A DNA stretch of 64,000 nucleotides from Flavobacteriales bacterium (GCA_041749915.1 JBGTAJ010000258.1:22955-86954), one strand, 5' to 3'. Shown: positions 41,543 to 51,163, counted from the first letter of the stretch. The notes: generated by a model from the letters alone, not told the origin. Program-made: numbers and translations.

Positions 41543-42614
41543 CCGCGACCGGCTCATCACCCTGGCCTGGTCCGTGTTGGCCCTGGGTTGCGCGGGCTTT
41601 GCGCTGTACGCCTTGCTCCGGCGTTATGAGCCGGCCACCCCTTCCCTGCTCTGGCTGCTCTTGGTCACGCCTTTGCTGGCCTTGTTCATGCTCTGGCGCG
41701 GTCCACGGACCAATGCCCAGATCCCCCTGCCCACCTATAGCGTACTGGCCAACGCCCCCTTCGACCTGCTCGCCTACCTGCGTCCGCTTCCGCAAGCGCT
41801 GGCACTGGGCGGATCGGCCTTGCTGATCATGGCCCTGTCCCGCCCGCAAAGCCGGGATAACTGGCAGGATGTGCAGCGCGAAGGCATCGACATCATGATC
41901 GCGGTGGACGTGTCCGCCAGCATGCTGGCCAAGGACCTGCGTCCGGACCGCCTGGCGGCGTCGAAAAAGGTGGCGCAGGAGTTCATCGATGGTCGTCCGA
42001 ACGACCGGATCGGGCTGGTGGTGTATGAGGGTGAAGCATTCACCCAGTGTCCCCTGACCACCGACCATCGCGTCCTCAAGGAATTGTTCTCCGGCGCCCG
42101 CAGCGGACTGATCACGGGTGGCACGGCGGTCGGCATGGGCCTCGCCACGGCCTTGAACCGCCTGCGGGACAGTGAAGCCAAGAGCAAGGTGGTGATCCTG
42201 CTCACCGACGGCGTGAGCAATGCGGGCATGGTGCAACCCTTGGATGCCGCACAGATCGCCGAACAACTGGGGGTACGGGTCTATACCATCGGCGTTGGGT
42301 CGCGGGGAAAGGCCCTCGCCCCCGTTAGCCAGTACGCCAACGGACAGTACCGCTACGACCTGGTGGATGTGGAGATCGATGAAGCCACGCTTACGCAGGT
42401 GGCCGAGCTGACCGGAGGACAGTATTTCCGCGCCGTGGATGAAGGCAAACTGCGCGACATCTATGCCGAGATCGACCGCATGGAACGTACGCGCATCAAG
42501 GTGACCGAACACAGCCAGCGCAACGATGAGTACGGACCTTTCCTCCTCCTGGGCGTCGGCCTGTTGATGGGCGGCTTCCTGCTCGACCGTACACTGCTCC
42601 GGACTTTGGCATGA
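41532..42614 (+). CDS. batA: VWA-domain membrane protein BatA
   Basis: N-terminal TMs, MIDAS DVSASM and a C-terminal TM. Confidence 0.8.
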   Translation: MWRDRDRLITLAWSVLALGCAGFALYALLRRYEPATPSLLWLLLVTPLLALFMLWRGPRTNAQIPLPTYSVLANAPFDLLAYLRPLPQALALGGSALLIMALSRPQSRDNWQDVQREGIDIMIAVDVSASMLAKDLRPDRLAASKKVAQEFIDGRPNDRIGLVVYEGEAFTQCPLTTDHRVLKELFSGARSGLITGGTAVGMGLATALNRLRDSEAKSKVVILLTDGVSNAGMVQPLDAAQIAEQLGVRVYTIGVGSRGKALAPVSQYANGQYRYDLVDVEIDEATLTQVAELTGGQYFRAVDEGKLRDIYAEIDRMERTRIKVTEHSQRNDEYGPFLLLGVGLLMGGFLLDRTLLRTLA

Positions 42615-43756
42615 AGCGCACGGGCACATACCGCATCGGCGTCATGACCACCACGGCCCTGCTGCTGGAACTGCTCACCTGGGCGTTGATGATCCCCCTG
42701 GGCTGGATCCTGTTGAACGATGTTCCGGGATTCCGCTTCGAACGTCAGTGGGTGCTGTGGGCGTTGCTCGCCGGGCCCGTGATGTGCCTGATCCACCTGC
42801 TCCATGTGGGTTGGCGAAACCGCGCATTGAACCGGTTCGCCGCGCTCGGCACCCGCGAGCGCATGGTGCCCGGCATTTCCGGTGGCCGTCTCACGCTGCG
42901 CTTCCTGTTGCTCCGTCACGGCATCGGCGCGGTGATCATCGCGCTGGCCGGTCCGCAGTTCGGTGCGCGCATGGAGGAGGTCAAGGCCGAGGGGATCGAC
43001 GTGGTGGTGGCCGTGGATGTGAGCAACAGCATGGACTGCGAGGACCTGCGCCCCAGCCGGATGGAAGTGGCCCGTCGCTCCCTCTCCCAGCTGATCGACC
43101 GACTGAAGGGAGACCGACTGGGCATCGTGGTCTTTGCGGGTGATGCCTTCGTGCAATTGCCCATCACCACGGACCGTTCTGCAGCGCGCATGTTCACGGC
43201 ATCGGTGGATACACGCACCGTCGGTACTCAGGGCACAGCCATCGGTGCGGCGATCGAACTGGCCATGGAGAGCTTCTCTGCCGAGAGCACCGGCAGCAAG
43301 GCCATCATCGTGATCACGGACGGCGAGAACCATGAGGACGATGCGGAAGGCGCGGCACGGGCTGCGGCGGAAGCGGGGATCGTGGTGCACACCATCGGCA
43401 TGGGAACCTTGCAGGGCGGTCCCATCCCCATCCGTAGGAACGGACAGGTGCAAGGTTTCCGGAAGGACCGCGAAGGGCGCACGGTGGTGAGCGTGCTCAA
43501 CGAGCCCATGTTGCAGCAGATCGCGGCGGCCGGCAACGGTCTTTATCTCCGATCATCCAACAATTCGAGCGGTATCGTGGAACTCGTGGATGAGCTCCGC
43601 ACCATGGATACCACCGAGACCGGCAGCTACCGCTTCACTGCCCATGAGGACCGTTTCCAGATACCCCTGGCGGTGGGGATCTTCCTGATCATCCTTGGAA
43701 TGACCATTGCTGAGGACCGCTCCCGTGCCGTGATGCCGCGGACCATCGTACCATGA
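42611..43756 (+). CDS. batB: VWA-domain membrane protein BatB
   Basis: TMs and MIDAS DVSNSM. ATGA overlap. Confidence 0.8.
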   Translation: MKRTGTYRIGVMTTTALLLELLTWALMIPLGWILLNDVPGFRFERQWVLWALLAGPVMCLIHLLHVGWRNRALNRFAALGTRERMVPGISGGRLTLRFLLLRHGIGAVIIALAGPQFGARMEEVKAEGIDVVVAVDVSNSMDCEDLRPSRMEVARRSLSQLIDRLKGDRLGIVVFAGDAFVQLPITTDRSAARMFTASVDTRTVGTQGTAIGAAIELAMESFSAESTGSKAIIVITDGENHEDDAEGAARAAAEAGIVVHTIGMGTLQGGPIPIRRNGQVQGFRKDREGRTVVSVLNEPMLQQIAAAGNGLYLRSSNNSSGIVELVDELRTMDTTETGSYRFTAHEDRFQIPLAVGIFLIILGMTIAEDRSRAVMPRTIVP

Positions 43757-44547
43757 ACCGCATCGCCTACATAGCCGTCGTGATGCTTGCTGCCTGTGGC
43801 GATGCACACGAGCGCTCCGTGGACGAGGCGCTACGGATCGGCAATGCCTTCTACCAGGCCGGCGAACTGCAAAAGGCGCTGGATGCCTATACGGGATCAC
43901 CGGAGGACCACCGCACGAGCTTCAATGCTGGTGTGGTGTTGCAGGAGACCGGGCAATGGACCGAAGCCGTGGAGCGCTACACGCTGGCCTCCAACGTGGC
44001 CGATAGTGCGACCGATCGCGCAAAAGCACTTTACAACCTGGGCCATGTGTGGAGCGACCGGGCCATGCTGGCGGACAGTACAGCACGACAGGCCGGCGAA
44101 CAGGCCCGGTCCATCACGCTCGATGGCGACATCAACGAACAGGTGCGGCTGGTGGTGCTCCGTGATTCATTGCTCACCCTGGAACGGGAACTCTCCCAGC
44201 TTACGGATTCCGCGCTGCTCCAGAGCGAGGACGCCTATCGGAACGTGCTGCGTCTGACCCCCACCGAGGAGGATGCACGGCATAACCTCGCGCTGGTGAT
44301 GGAGCGTATCGCGGCCCGCCCGAAACCCGCCACCAACGCAGGAGGCAAGGACCCGAACAAGGACCGCGACCTGGGCGAGAAGGCCAAGCTCATCATGGCA
44401 CGGGCCGATGAACTGGTGGAGAAGTATCTTTTCCAGGAAGCCTTGGATGTGATGCGGCAAGGCGTACAGCAGGACCCCACCCTGCAGCAGCGGAAGGACT
44501 ACATGGATAAGTTGGACATGATCACCAAGGCCTCCCGACCCTCATGA
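43753..44547 (+). CDS. batC: TPR lipoprotein BatC-like
   Basis: Lipobox MLAACG and TPR-like helices. ATGA overlaps on both sides. Confidence 0.6.
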   Translation: MNRIAYIAVVMLAACGDAHERSVDEALRIGNAFYQAGELQKALDAYTGSPEDHRTSFNAGVVLQETGQWTEAVERYTLASNVADSATDRAKALYNLGHVWSDRAMLADSTARQAGEQARSITLDGDINEQVRLVVLRDSLLTLERELSQLTDSALLQSEDAYRNVLRLTPTEEDARHNLALVMERIAARPKPATNAGGKDPNKDRDLGEKAKLIMARADELVEKYLFQEALDVMRQGVQQDPTLQQRKDYMDKLDMITKASRPS

Positions 44548-45080
44548 GGACGCTCACCCTTCTCCTGGTCATGTTCGGCGCGATGACCATGGTGGCGCAG
44601 GATACCACTGCGGTGAAGAGCCCCATGGACTACTTCAACCTGGCTGCGAAACAGTACGTGAAAGAGGACAAGATGTCGGCCCTGCGCACCTTGGACCAGG
44701 GCTTGCAGCAACACCCGCAGGATGCCCGTTTGCGCAGGCTGGCCACTGAGCTGCTGAAGGAACAACAGCAACAGCAACAACAACAGCAGCAACAACAGCA
44801 ACAAGAGCAGGACAAGCCGGAGGATGGCCGGTCCAAGGAGGAACAGAGCAAGGGCGGACAGGAGCAGCAGAAACAGGAACAACAGGCCGAACAGCAGAAG
44901 TCTGAACAGTCCAAGGAAAGAAAGCCCGGCGATCCAGGCCAACCGCGACCCGGAGAGATCGCGCCACAGGATGCCAAGCGGATACTCGATGCACTGGACA
45001 GGCAGGAACAGCAGGTGCAGAGCAGGATGCGACAGCGCCAGCAACCGGCACCCAAGGTTCCCGTCGACAAGGATTGGTGA
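44544..45080 (+). CDS. secreted Gln/Glu/Lys-rich low-complexity protein in Bat operon
   Basis: Signal MRTLTLLLVMFGAMTMVAQ, one TPR-like hairpin, then a Q14 tract and a QEK-rich tail. ATGA overlap upstream, and 1 nt before batD. Confidence 0.55.
   Translation: MRTLTLLLVMFGAMTMVAQDTTAVKSPMDYFNLAAKQYVKEDKMSALRTLDQGLQQHPQDARLRRLATELLKEQQQQQQQQQQQQQQEQDKPEDGRSKEEQSKGGQEQQKQEQQAEQQKSEQSKERKPGDPGQPRPGEIAPQDAKRILDALDRQEQQVQSRMRQRQQPAPKVPVDKDW
44763..44804 (+). repeat. imperfect (CAA/CAG)14 trinucleotide tract encoding Q14
   Basis: Read directly: caa cag caa cag caa caa caa cag cag caa caa cag caa caa, in frame with the 44544 ORF. Confidence 0.9.
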
Positions 45081-45081
45081 A

Positions 45082-46833
45082 ATGCTCCGGACCATGCGCA
45101 CAACATTCCTTCTCTTCCTCCTTCTCGGCCTGCTGAACAGCACGGCAGCCCAGGAGATCGCGTTCACAGCGACGGTGGACCGCACCAGTATCGCGGCAGG
45201 CGAACAACTGCGCCTGACCATCCAGCTCTCCAACACCCGCGAGCGCTTCGCCGCACCCGATCTGGGAGGGCTCGTCATCGTTGCAGGACCTTTCGAGAAC
45301 AGCAGCTTCAGTTATGTCAACGGCCGGATGACCAGCTCCCTGAGCCGCACATGGACCCTGACAGCCACACAGCCGGGCAGCTACACCATCGGAGCGGCAC
45401 AGGTGAAAGTGGGCGGTGGCGTCGTATCCACGGAGCCGATCACCATCGAGGTCACCAAGGGCACGGCCAAGGCGAGCGACCCTTATGCCACCCAAGGCCA
45501 GCGCGGCGACGCCAACCTTTTCGCCACCATCACCGTGAGCAGGAACAAGGTGTACGTGGGTGAGCAGGTGGTGGCCACCTACACGCTCTACTCGCGCTAC
45601 TCCAACCTGGAGCTGTCCAAGTATGAACTGCCCAAGATGACCGGGTTCTGGTCCGAAGAGATCGACCTGGGGGACAAGGGTTGGGAGGAACGGCCGCAGA
45701 TGATCAATGGCATACCCTACAATGTGGCGGTGCTGAAAAAGCAGGTGCTCTTCCCCCAAAAGAGCGGAACGCTCCGGATCGAACCATTGGAGCTCACCTG
45801 CCTGGTGAACCGATCGTTCTTCAACCGTGGCACCAACGTTCCCGTTCGCAGCAACACCATCGAGCTGGTAGTGAACGCGCTGCCCAAGCCGATGCCTCCC
45901 GGATTCAACGGAGCCGTTGGTGAACTGCAGATCGCGGCGTCGATCGACCGTACGGAAGTGCGCACCAATGAAGCGTTCGAGGTGGACCTGCGGATCACCG
46001 GCCGCAGCAACCTGAAACTGTTGGAAGCGCCCGTACTGGAACTCCCCCCCGATCTGGAGCGCTACGACCCCAAGACCGTGGACAAGATCGTGGTGAACGG
46101 GTCCGGCATGAGCGGCAGCCGCGAGTTCCAGTACCTGATCATCCCGCGGCATGAAGGGCGTTTCCAGATCCCGGCCACCACCGTCACCTACTTCAACACC
46201 CGCACGGCACAGTACGAGGAATTGACGGCCGGCCCCTTCACGATCGACGTGACGCCCGGTGAGGCAGGGACCGCAACGCGCCCGGAACGCCCCAGCCAGA
46301 CGGATGTGCAGGTGCTCGGCGAGGACATCCGGTTCATCCGCACCGGCGACCTTGATCTGCGGCAGGATGGGGACCTGCTCTTCGGCAGCGCTCGGTATTG
46401 GGCAGGAATGGCGCTCCCCGTCATGGCCTTCCTGGGTCTTGCAGTGTGGCGGAGACGCACTGCCGCAGAACGGGCCGATATCGGTGCACTTCGCCGCAAA
46501 CAGGCCGATCGCGTGGCACGACGGACACTGCGGGAAGCCGAAGAGGCGCTGAAGGCCAATACCACCGGTCCCTTCCACGATGCGGTGAGCAAGGCCCTCC
46601 GGGGCTATCTCGGTGATTCGTTGGGGCTGGGTCCCGCCGAGCTCACGACGGAACACATCCGGGCCAGACTGACAGGAGCTACCGATGCAAGCGAGATCTC
46701 CCTGGAGGTGGACCGGATCCTGGGCACCTGCGACATGGCACGTTTCGCCCCCTTGGCGGACAAGCCCGACGAGAAATTGTTCAACGACGCCGTGTCCATC
46801 ATCGGGCGCATCGAACGAACCCTCCGCGCATGA
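45082..46833 (+). CDS. batD: BatD protein
   Basis: Signal peptide, N-terminal beta-rich repeats, a TM near WAGMALPVMAFLGLAVW and a cytoplasmic tail. Position and size fit BatD. Confidence 0.75.
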   Translation: MLRTMRTTFLLFLLLGLLNSTAAQEIAFTATVDRTSIAAGEQLRLTIQLSNTRERFAAPDLGGLVIVAGPFENSSFSYVNGRMTSSLSRTWTLTATQPGSYTIGAAQVKVGGGVVSTEPITIEVTKGTAKASDPYATQGQRGDANLFATITVSRNKVYVGEQVVATYTLYSRYSNLELSKYELPKMTGFWSEEIDLGDKGWEERPQMINGIPYNVAVLKKQVLFPQKSGTLRIEPLELTCLVNRSFFNRGTNVPVRSNTIELVVNALPKPMPPGFNGAVGELQIAASIDRTEVRTNEAFEVDLRITGRSNLKLLEAPVLELPPDLERYDPKTVDKIVVNGSGMSGSREFQYLIIPRHEGRFQIPATTVTYFNTRTAQYEELTAGPFTIDVTPGEAGTATRPERPSQTDVQVLGEDIRFIRTGDLDLRQDGDLLFGSARYWAGMALPVMAFLGLAVWRRRTAAERADIGALRRKQADRVARRTLREAEEALKANTTGPFHDAVSKALRGYLGDSLGLGPAELTTEHIRARLTGATDASEISLEVDRILGTCDMARFAPLADKPDEKLFNDAVSIIGRIERTLRA

Positions 46834-47585
46834 AGGCCCTGCTCCTGCTCCTCACGCTGCTCTCAGCTCCCGCTCTAGCTGCTTCGGATGTCGCTCCGGA
46901 CAGCCTTATCGCCCGTGCCGAAGCGGCCTATCTGGCCGGCGACCATGCGGCTGCATTGGACCTGTACACCACCACCGCCCAGAGCGGGACATCTGCCGGA
47001 CTGCTCTTCAACATCGGCAATTGTCACTACAAGCTAGGTGATCACTCGAGGGCCATCCTGTTCTATGAGCGCGCGCTGAAACTGGCTCCCGGCGATGAAG
47101 ATATCCGTGCAAACCTGGCTTTGGCGCGCACCCATCTGAAGGACCGGGTGAACGAGCTCCCTGGATCCACCTTGCTTTCCGAATGGGAACGTATGGCCGG
47201 TGGCCGTGATCCGGACCACTGGGCCCGCCGATCGTTGTGGTCCTTGGCCGCTGTGTTCGTCCTGCTGGCACTGAGCTTGTTCATTTCACAGCCATGGCCG
47301 CTCCGGATCCTGCGCGTTCTTGTCGGGATCACCACCGTGTTTTTTCTGATCGCGCTGCCCATGGCCATCGGTCGGCACCTGGCCGTCACCGATGACAGTG
47401 AGGCGATCATCATGGCACCGAAAGTGGATGTCCGCAGCGAACCACGCGCCTCCGGCACAGCGCTCTTCGTGATCCACAAGGGAACCAAGGTCACCGTTCT
47501 CCAATCCGTGGACGACTGGTCCGAGGTGAAGCTCGCCAACGGCAGCATCGGGTGGATGTCGTCCGCTGACCTCGAAAAGATCTGA
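46830..47585 (+). CDS. batE: BatE-like TPR + SH3b protein
   Basis: Signal, TPR units, TMs and a C-terminal SH3b (VRSEPRASGTALFVIHKGTKVTVLQSVDDWSEVKL). ATGA overlap. Confidence 0.75.
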   Translation: MKALLLLLTLLSAPALAASDVAPDSLIARAEAAYLAGDHAAALDLYTTTAQSGTSAGLLFNIGNCHYKLGDHSRAILFYERALKLAPGDEDIRANLALARTHLKDRVNELPGSTLLSEWERMAGGRDPDHWARRSLWSLAAVFVLLALSLFISQPWPLRILRVLVGITTVFFLIALPMAIGRHLAVTDDSEAIIMAPKVDVRSEPRASGTALFVIHKGTKVTVLQSVDDWSEVKLANGSIGWMSSADLEKI

Positions 47586-47596
47586 ACGCCCAGGCT

Positions 47597-50500
47597 TTAG
47601 GGAACTTGGGCGATACGGACGACCGTCGGTATTGCCCCCCCGATCGTGCTCAGGACGAAGTCGCGGTCATTGCCTGCACCGGAGTACATGGACCAACCAT
47701 CCATGTTCACGTCCTCTGTCCGATATCCTTGGATGGAATTGCTTGGTACGACTGCACCAATGGCCACCAGGATCGGATCCCGATCGTTGCCCGTGCCGGT
47801 ATAGCGGACCTCGCCGTTGGCATTGACGTCGCCCGGCCAGAGCGCCCTTAATGAGGTGCCGCTCTGCACGGCGTTCGTTCCGTGAAGCGTGGTCGTGAGC
47901 GCTGTCATGTCCACCAATTGTGCATTGGCCGTCAATGGAGCGGCCGTCATGGCGCTGAGGTGGTTCCGGTGACTGACCACCACATGCCTGCCGATCGTTG
48001 CTGTGGTGAAGAGCACTTGGCTGGTGCCATCAGCCGCGACGACCTCACCATTAGCCTTGACCAGTGCAGCCCGACGGCCGGCCACGGTGTATCCCGCATC
48101 CGCATTCCGCAGTTCGATGACGACCCAATCCACGATGGCCTGGGCGCCTGTGGCTTGGAACAGCGCAGCGTTCGCGGTGACACCACTGTTCTCCAAGGAG
48201 ATGCCCATGGCTGTGTAGGGTTCGGCTGTGGGGATCAGGTTCTGGGTGCGAAGGTCACTGCGCATCTGTCCGGTCCCCCAGTTCAATGCTCCGCCAAGCA
48301 TCACCTTCACACCCACTGAATTCAGCGGGGTAACCGAGCAGCCACTGCCTTCAATGCGGTAGATAACCTTCGAACTGAAGGCTGGGAGCGTGACCGTGCC
48401 ACCCTGCACCACACCGTTCACATCTGACCAGCAACCCGAGGGTGCGGACACCTGTTGCGATGATGCCGTTTCATTGTAAAGCAGCACATGGTCCTGCAGA
48501 ACATTCACCGGTTGCACCTGTACACGATGCACCTGAACGTTGTCCAGCCAGTACTGCGGCTCCGTGTGGTTATTGATGAACTGCATGACCGATTGGTCAG
48601 TCAGGCCGCTCTGGAAGTAGACCTCCACGTCGCGACGCTGCGAGTCAAAAGGAATACGACGTTCAAAGATGGTATTCGCGCTGGTCATCTGGGTGCTTCC
48701 CTTCACCCCCGCTTTCACAATACCATGCGTCGTGGACTGCACACTGAAGCGCATCCGGTACCACTGAGCGTTCTGCACACTGAACAGGTCCGGACTTCGC
48801 AGGCTGAAATCAGGATAAACATTGGCATTGGGGAGGTATGCCCGCAGTGCACCATTGTCGAGGTAGGTCAGGTCGCGGGTCACCTGCGCATTCGTCGGCC
48901 AGCCGCCCCATCCGTTCACATTCGTGTCGAAGGTGCCGTTCTGCACAAGGTTGGCGCTCAGCTCGCTGACGGTGGAATACATGCTCGCACGCAGCGGACT
49001 GCGTGTGGATCCGACATCCTCTGAACGCTCGGCCTGCCAACGCTCCAGTGTGAACTGGCGCTGCACGCCGCTGTTCGTGTTGTGCACCAGGATGCTCAAC
49101 TCCTCATAGGGGCTGAAGTAGCGGTTGTTGGTGAAGGTCCCGAAATCCACGTTGTTCGGCGAATACACGTTGTATTGCTTCATGCACAACTGATCAGAGC
49201 TCACCGAGTACATGACGTTGCCCGAGTACACGCCATTGTAAGATGACATGTGGTATGGGGGCGTTGCCCCCGGCCCGTTGTAATTGGAGTAGTCCGAGAC
49301 GCTCAACTGGATCTTGTTGTTGAAGAGCACGTTGTCCCGGATCTGGTTGCCCGTGGAAACCATCGTGTGGTCCACATGCAAGCCGCTGCCCTGGCAATTG
49401 GAGACAGTGTTGCGGCGCACAATGGTGTTCTTGATCACCGTGTTGCCGAAGTAGATGCCATGGCAGATCTTCTGGTAGGGGACGAAGTCCGGAGCAGCGC
49501 TCTCCAGGTCGCCCAGCAGATCGAACACCATGTTGTCCTGGATGACCGCTCCATCACAATTGTCAAAGGCGATGCCTCCGCCGTCATTGAGGATCGCCGT
49601 GGCATTGCGCACCACGTTCCTCTCCACGAGGGCGTTCTTGTCGACCACGATGCCGATATATCCTGTGTTGGTGACCCTGTTCAGCCGCACGATGTTGTCG
49701 TTGCCGATGGTCCGGACGCCGAAGTAGCCCCAATTGCTCTCGCCCAGACCGGGGACCATGGCGATATTGGTCAGGGTGTTGTTCGTGAACTGCGACCCGT
49801 TGTCCAGCAACATGGCCCCTGTGGCGTAAGTGTTCGTGAAGGTGTTGTTCTGGTAGGTGCAGTTGGTGCCGACGGTCCTCAACCCGAAGTAGAGTTCCCG
49901 GAACACACAGCTGGTGACCTGGACATTCGAGGCACCATCGAGCCAGATGCCCGCCAGGCGCTGGTGCTGGAAGGCGAGGTTGGAGATGGAGACGTGCTGG
50001 CGGCTCCAATAAACGTTGATGCCCTTTTCCCTGACTGAAGCCTCCACCGTGACCGTGTTCGGGTTCACGCCATTGGGTGCCCAGAGGTACAATTGGCCGT
50101 TCGCCGCGTCATGGTACCATTCGCCAGGTGCATCCAATTGTTCCAACTTGTTGCAGAGAAAGTAGCCCCAGTCGTAGTTGGAGATGTTGTAGTAGATGTT
50201 GGGGAAATTCAAGGTGCCGTTGCTGAAGCTCGTCACTGTGGCGGCCTCATAGGACCAGTTGGAACCACGGATCACCACCGTGGCATTGTTCCAATAGCCG
50301 TTGCCCTGGGTGAGGGCATTGTCATACAACGTTGTACCGGTGCCCTGGTCATTTCGCAACCAACCCGTGTTGGGGTAGCGGGCCAACGTCTGGCGCACAC
50401 CGCCCACGTAGACGTGTTTCACTGTACCTCCGATGGGGGCCCTCCAGATGCTTCCCGAGTATTGTGTCCATCCGGTCACCACATCGCTTCCACTGATGAT

Positions 50501-50794
50501 GGGCTCGGCTCCGCTTCCGTATGCCCCGATCTCTATCGGTGAGGCGCTCGTTCCAGAGCCCGGCATGATCAACTCGCCACGGAAGGTGCCGCCCCGCTCG
50601 AACAGGATCCGGTCACCGGCCTGGATGGTGTAGATGCTCTGCAGCACCCGGGCGATGGTGCGCCAGGCCGCTGTGGATGACGTGCCTGAATTCGAGTCGC
50701 TGCCGTTGGGCGACACATAGTAGGTGACGGCCTTCAAGGAGGTCGAGAGCAGAACCGCCGCGATCAGGAAGGTGAGCTTTCTGGTGGTGAACAT
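47597..50794 (-). CDS. secreted right-handed parallel beta-helix protein with CBM-like and duplicated Ca-binding-like C-terminal modules
   Basis: Signal MFTTRKLTFLIAAVLLSTSLKA. YYVSPNGSDSNSGT start typical of beta-helix proteins, with many N-rich turn repeats. The NLVQNGTFDTNVNGWGGW segment resembles CBM4/9. The C-terminus has two DVNxxG...GNDRD units. Confidence 0.8.
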   Translation of the reverse strand: MFTTRKLTFLIAAVLLSTSLKAVTYYVSPNGSDSNSGTSSTAAWRTIARVLQSIYTIQAGDRILFERGGTFRGELIMPGSGTSASPIEIGAYGSGAEPIISGSDVVTGWTQYSGSIWRAPIGGTVKHVYVGGVRQTLARYPNTGWLRNDQGTGTTLYDNALTQGNGYWNNATVVIRGSNWSYEAATVTSFSNGTLNFPNIYYNISNYDWGYFLCNKLEQLDAPGEWYHDAANGQLYLWAPNGVNPNTVTVEASVREKGINVYWSRQHVSISNLAFQHQRLAGIWLDGASNVQVTSCVFRELYFGLRTVGTNCTYQNNTFTNTYATGAMLLDNGSQFTNNTLTNIAMVPGLGESNWGYFGVRTIGNDNIVRLNRVTNTGYIGIVVDKNALVERNVVRNATAILNDGGGIAFDNCDGAVIQDNMVFDLLGDLESAAPDFVPYQKICHGIYFGNTVIKNTIVRRNTVSNCQGSGLHVDHTMVSTGNQIRDNVLFNNKIQLSVSDYSNYNGPGATPPYHMSSYNGVYSGNVMYSVSSDQLCMKQYNVYSPNNVDFGTFTNNRYFSPYEELSILVHNTNSGVQRQFTLERWQAERSEDVGSTRSPLRASMYSTVSELSANLVQNGTFDTNVNGWGGWPTNAQVTRDLTYLDNGALRAYLPNANVYPDFSLRSPDLFSVQNAQWYRMRFSVQSTTHGIVKAGVKGSTQMTSANTIFERRIPFDSQRRDVEVYFQSGLTDQSVMQFINNHTEPQYWLDNVQVHRVQVQPVNVLQDHVLLYNETASSQQVSAPSGCWSDVNGVVQGGTVTLPAFSSKVIYRIEGSGCSVTPLNSVGVKVMLGGALNWGTGQMRSDLRTQNLIPTAEPYTAMGISLENSGVTANAALFQATGAQAIVDWVVIELRNADAGYTVAGRRAALVKANGEVVAADGTSQVLFTTATIGRHVVVSHRNHLSAMTAAPLTANAQLVDMTALTTTLHGTNAVQSGTSLRALWPGDVNANGEVRYTGTGNDRDPILVAIGAVVPSNSIQGYRTEDVNMDGWSMYSGAGNDRDFVLSTIGGAIPTVVRIAQVP

Positions 50795-51089
50795 GGTTCT
50801 AGATGTCTATCGGACTGACTTGTGGGCCGTGAAGTTGGCACACGAACAGGCTTGATAACGAGCCCGTTGCCCCTAAGAGATCAACATTTCGACCAGCCCG
50901 GGGTAAGTCCCGATGGATCATGTCCGGGCTTGACCGTTCCACTGATGAACACCATCCTCACTGGTCAATGTCAGCACTTCGACCCACCCAACTCAGCCTT
51001 CGCGATGGTCCACACAGGATACGCACTGCACCCATCGTTCGCGTAACCAGGCACTATCGCGTGGAGGGTAACGGCGGACGGCGAAGCGG

Positions 51090-51163
51090 TGACCCCGGTT
51101 GGATTCGAACCAACGACCGTCTGCTTAGAAGGCAGATGCTCTATCCATCTGAGCTACGGGATC
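51090..51163 (-). tRNA. tRNA-Arg (anticodon TCT)
   Basis: Minus strand GATCCCG-TA-GCTC..GAGC-A-TCTGC-CTTCTAA-GCAGA-CGGTC-GTTGG-TTCGAAT-CCAAC-CGGGGTC-A. Complete cloverleaf. Confidence 0.9.

Noticed and set aside
44635-46656. 673-aa minus-strand ORF antisense to the poly-Q gene and batD.
   Set aside because: Its composition is R/G/A/P/H-rich and it has no motifs. It lies fully antisense to a well-supported operon. This is the usual GC-rich shadow ORF.
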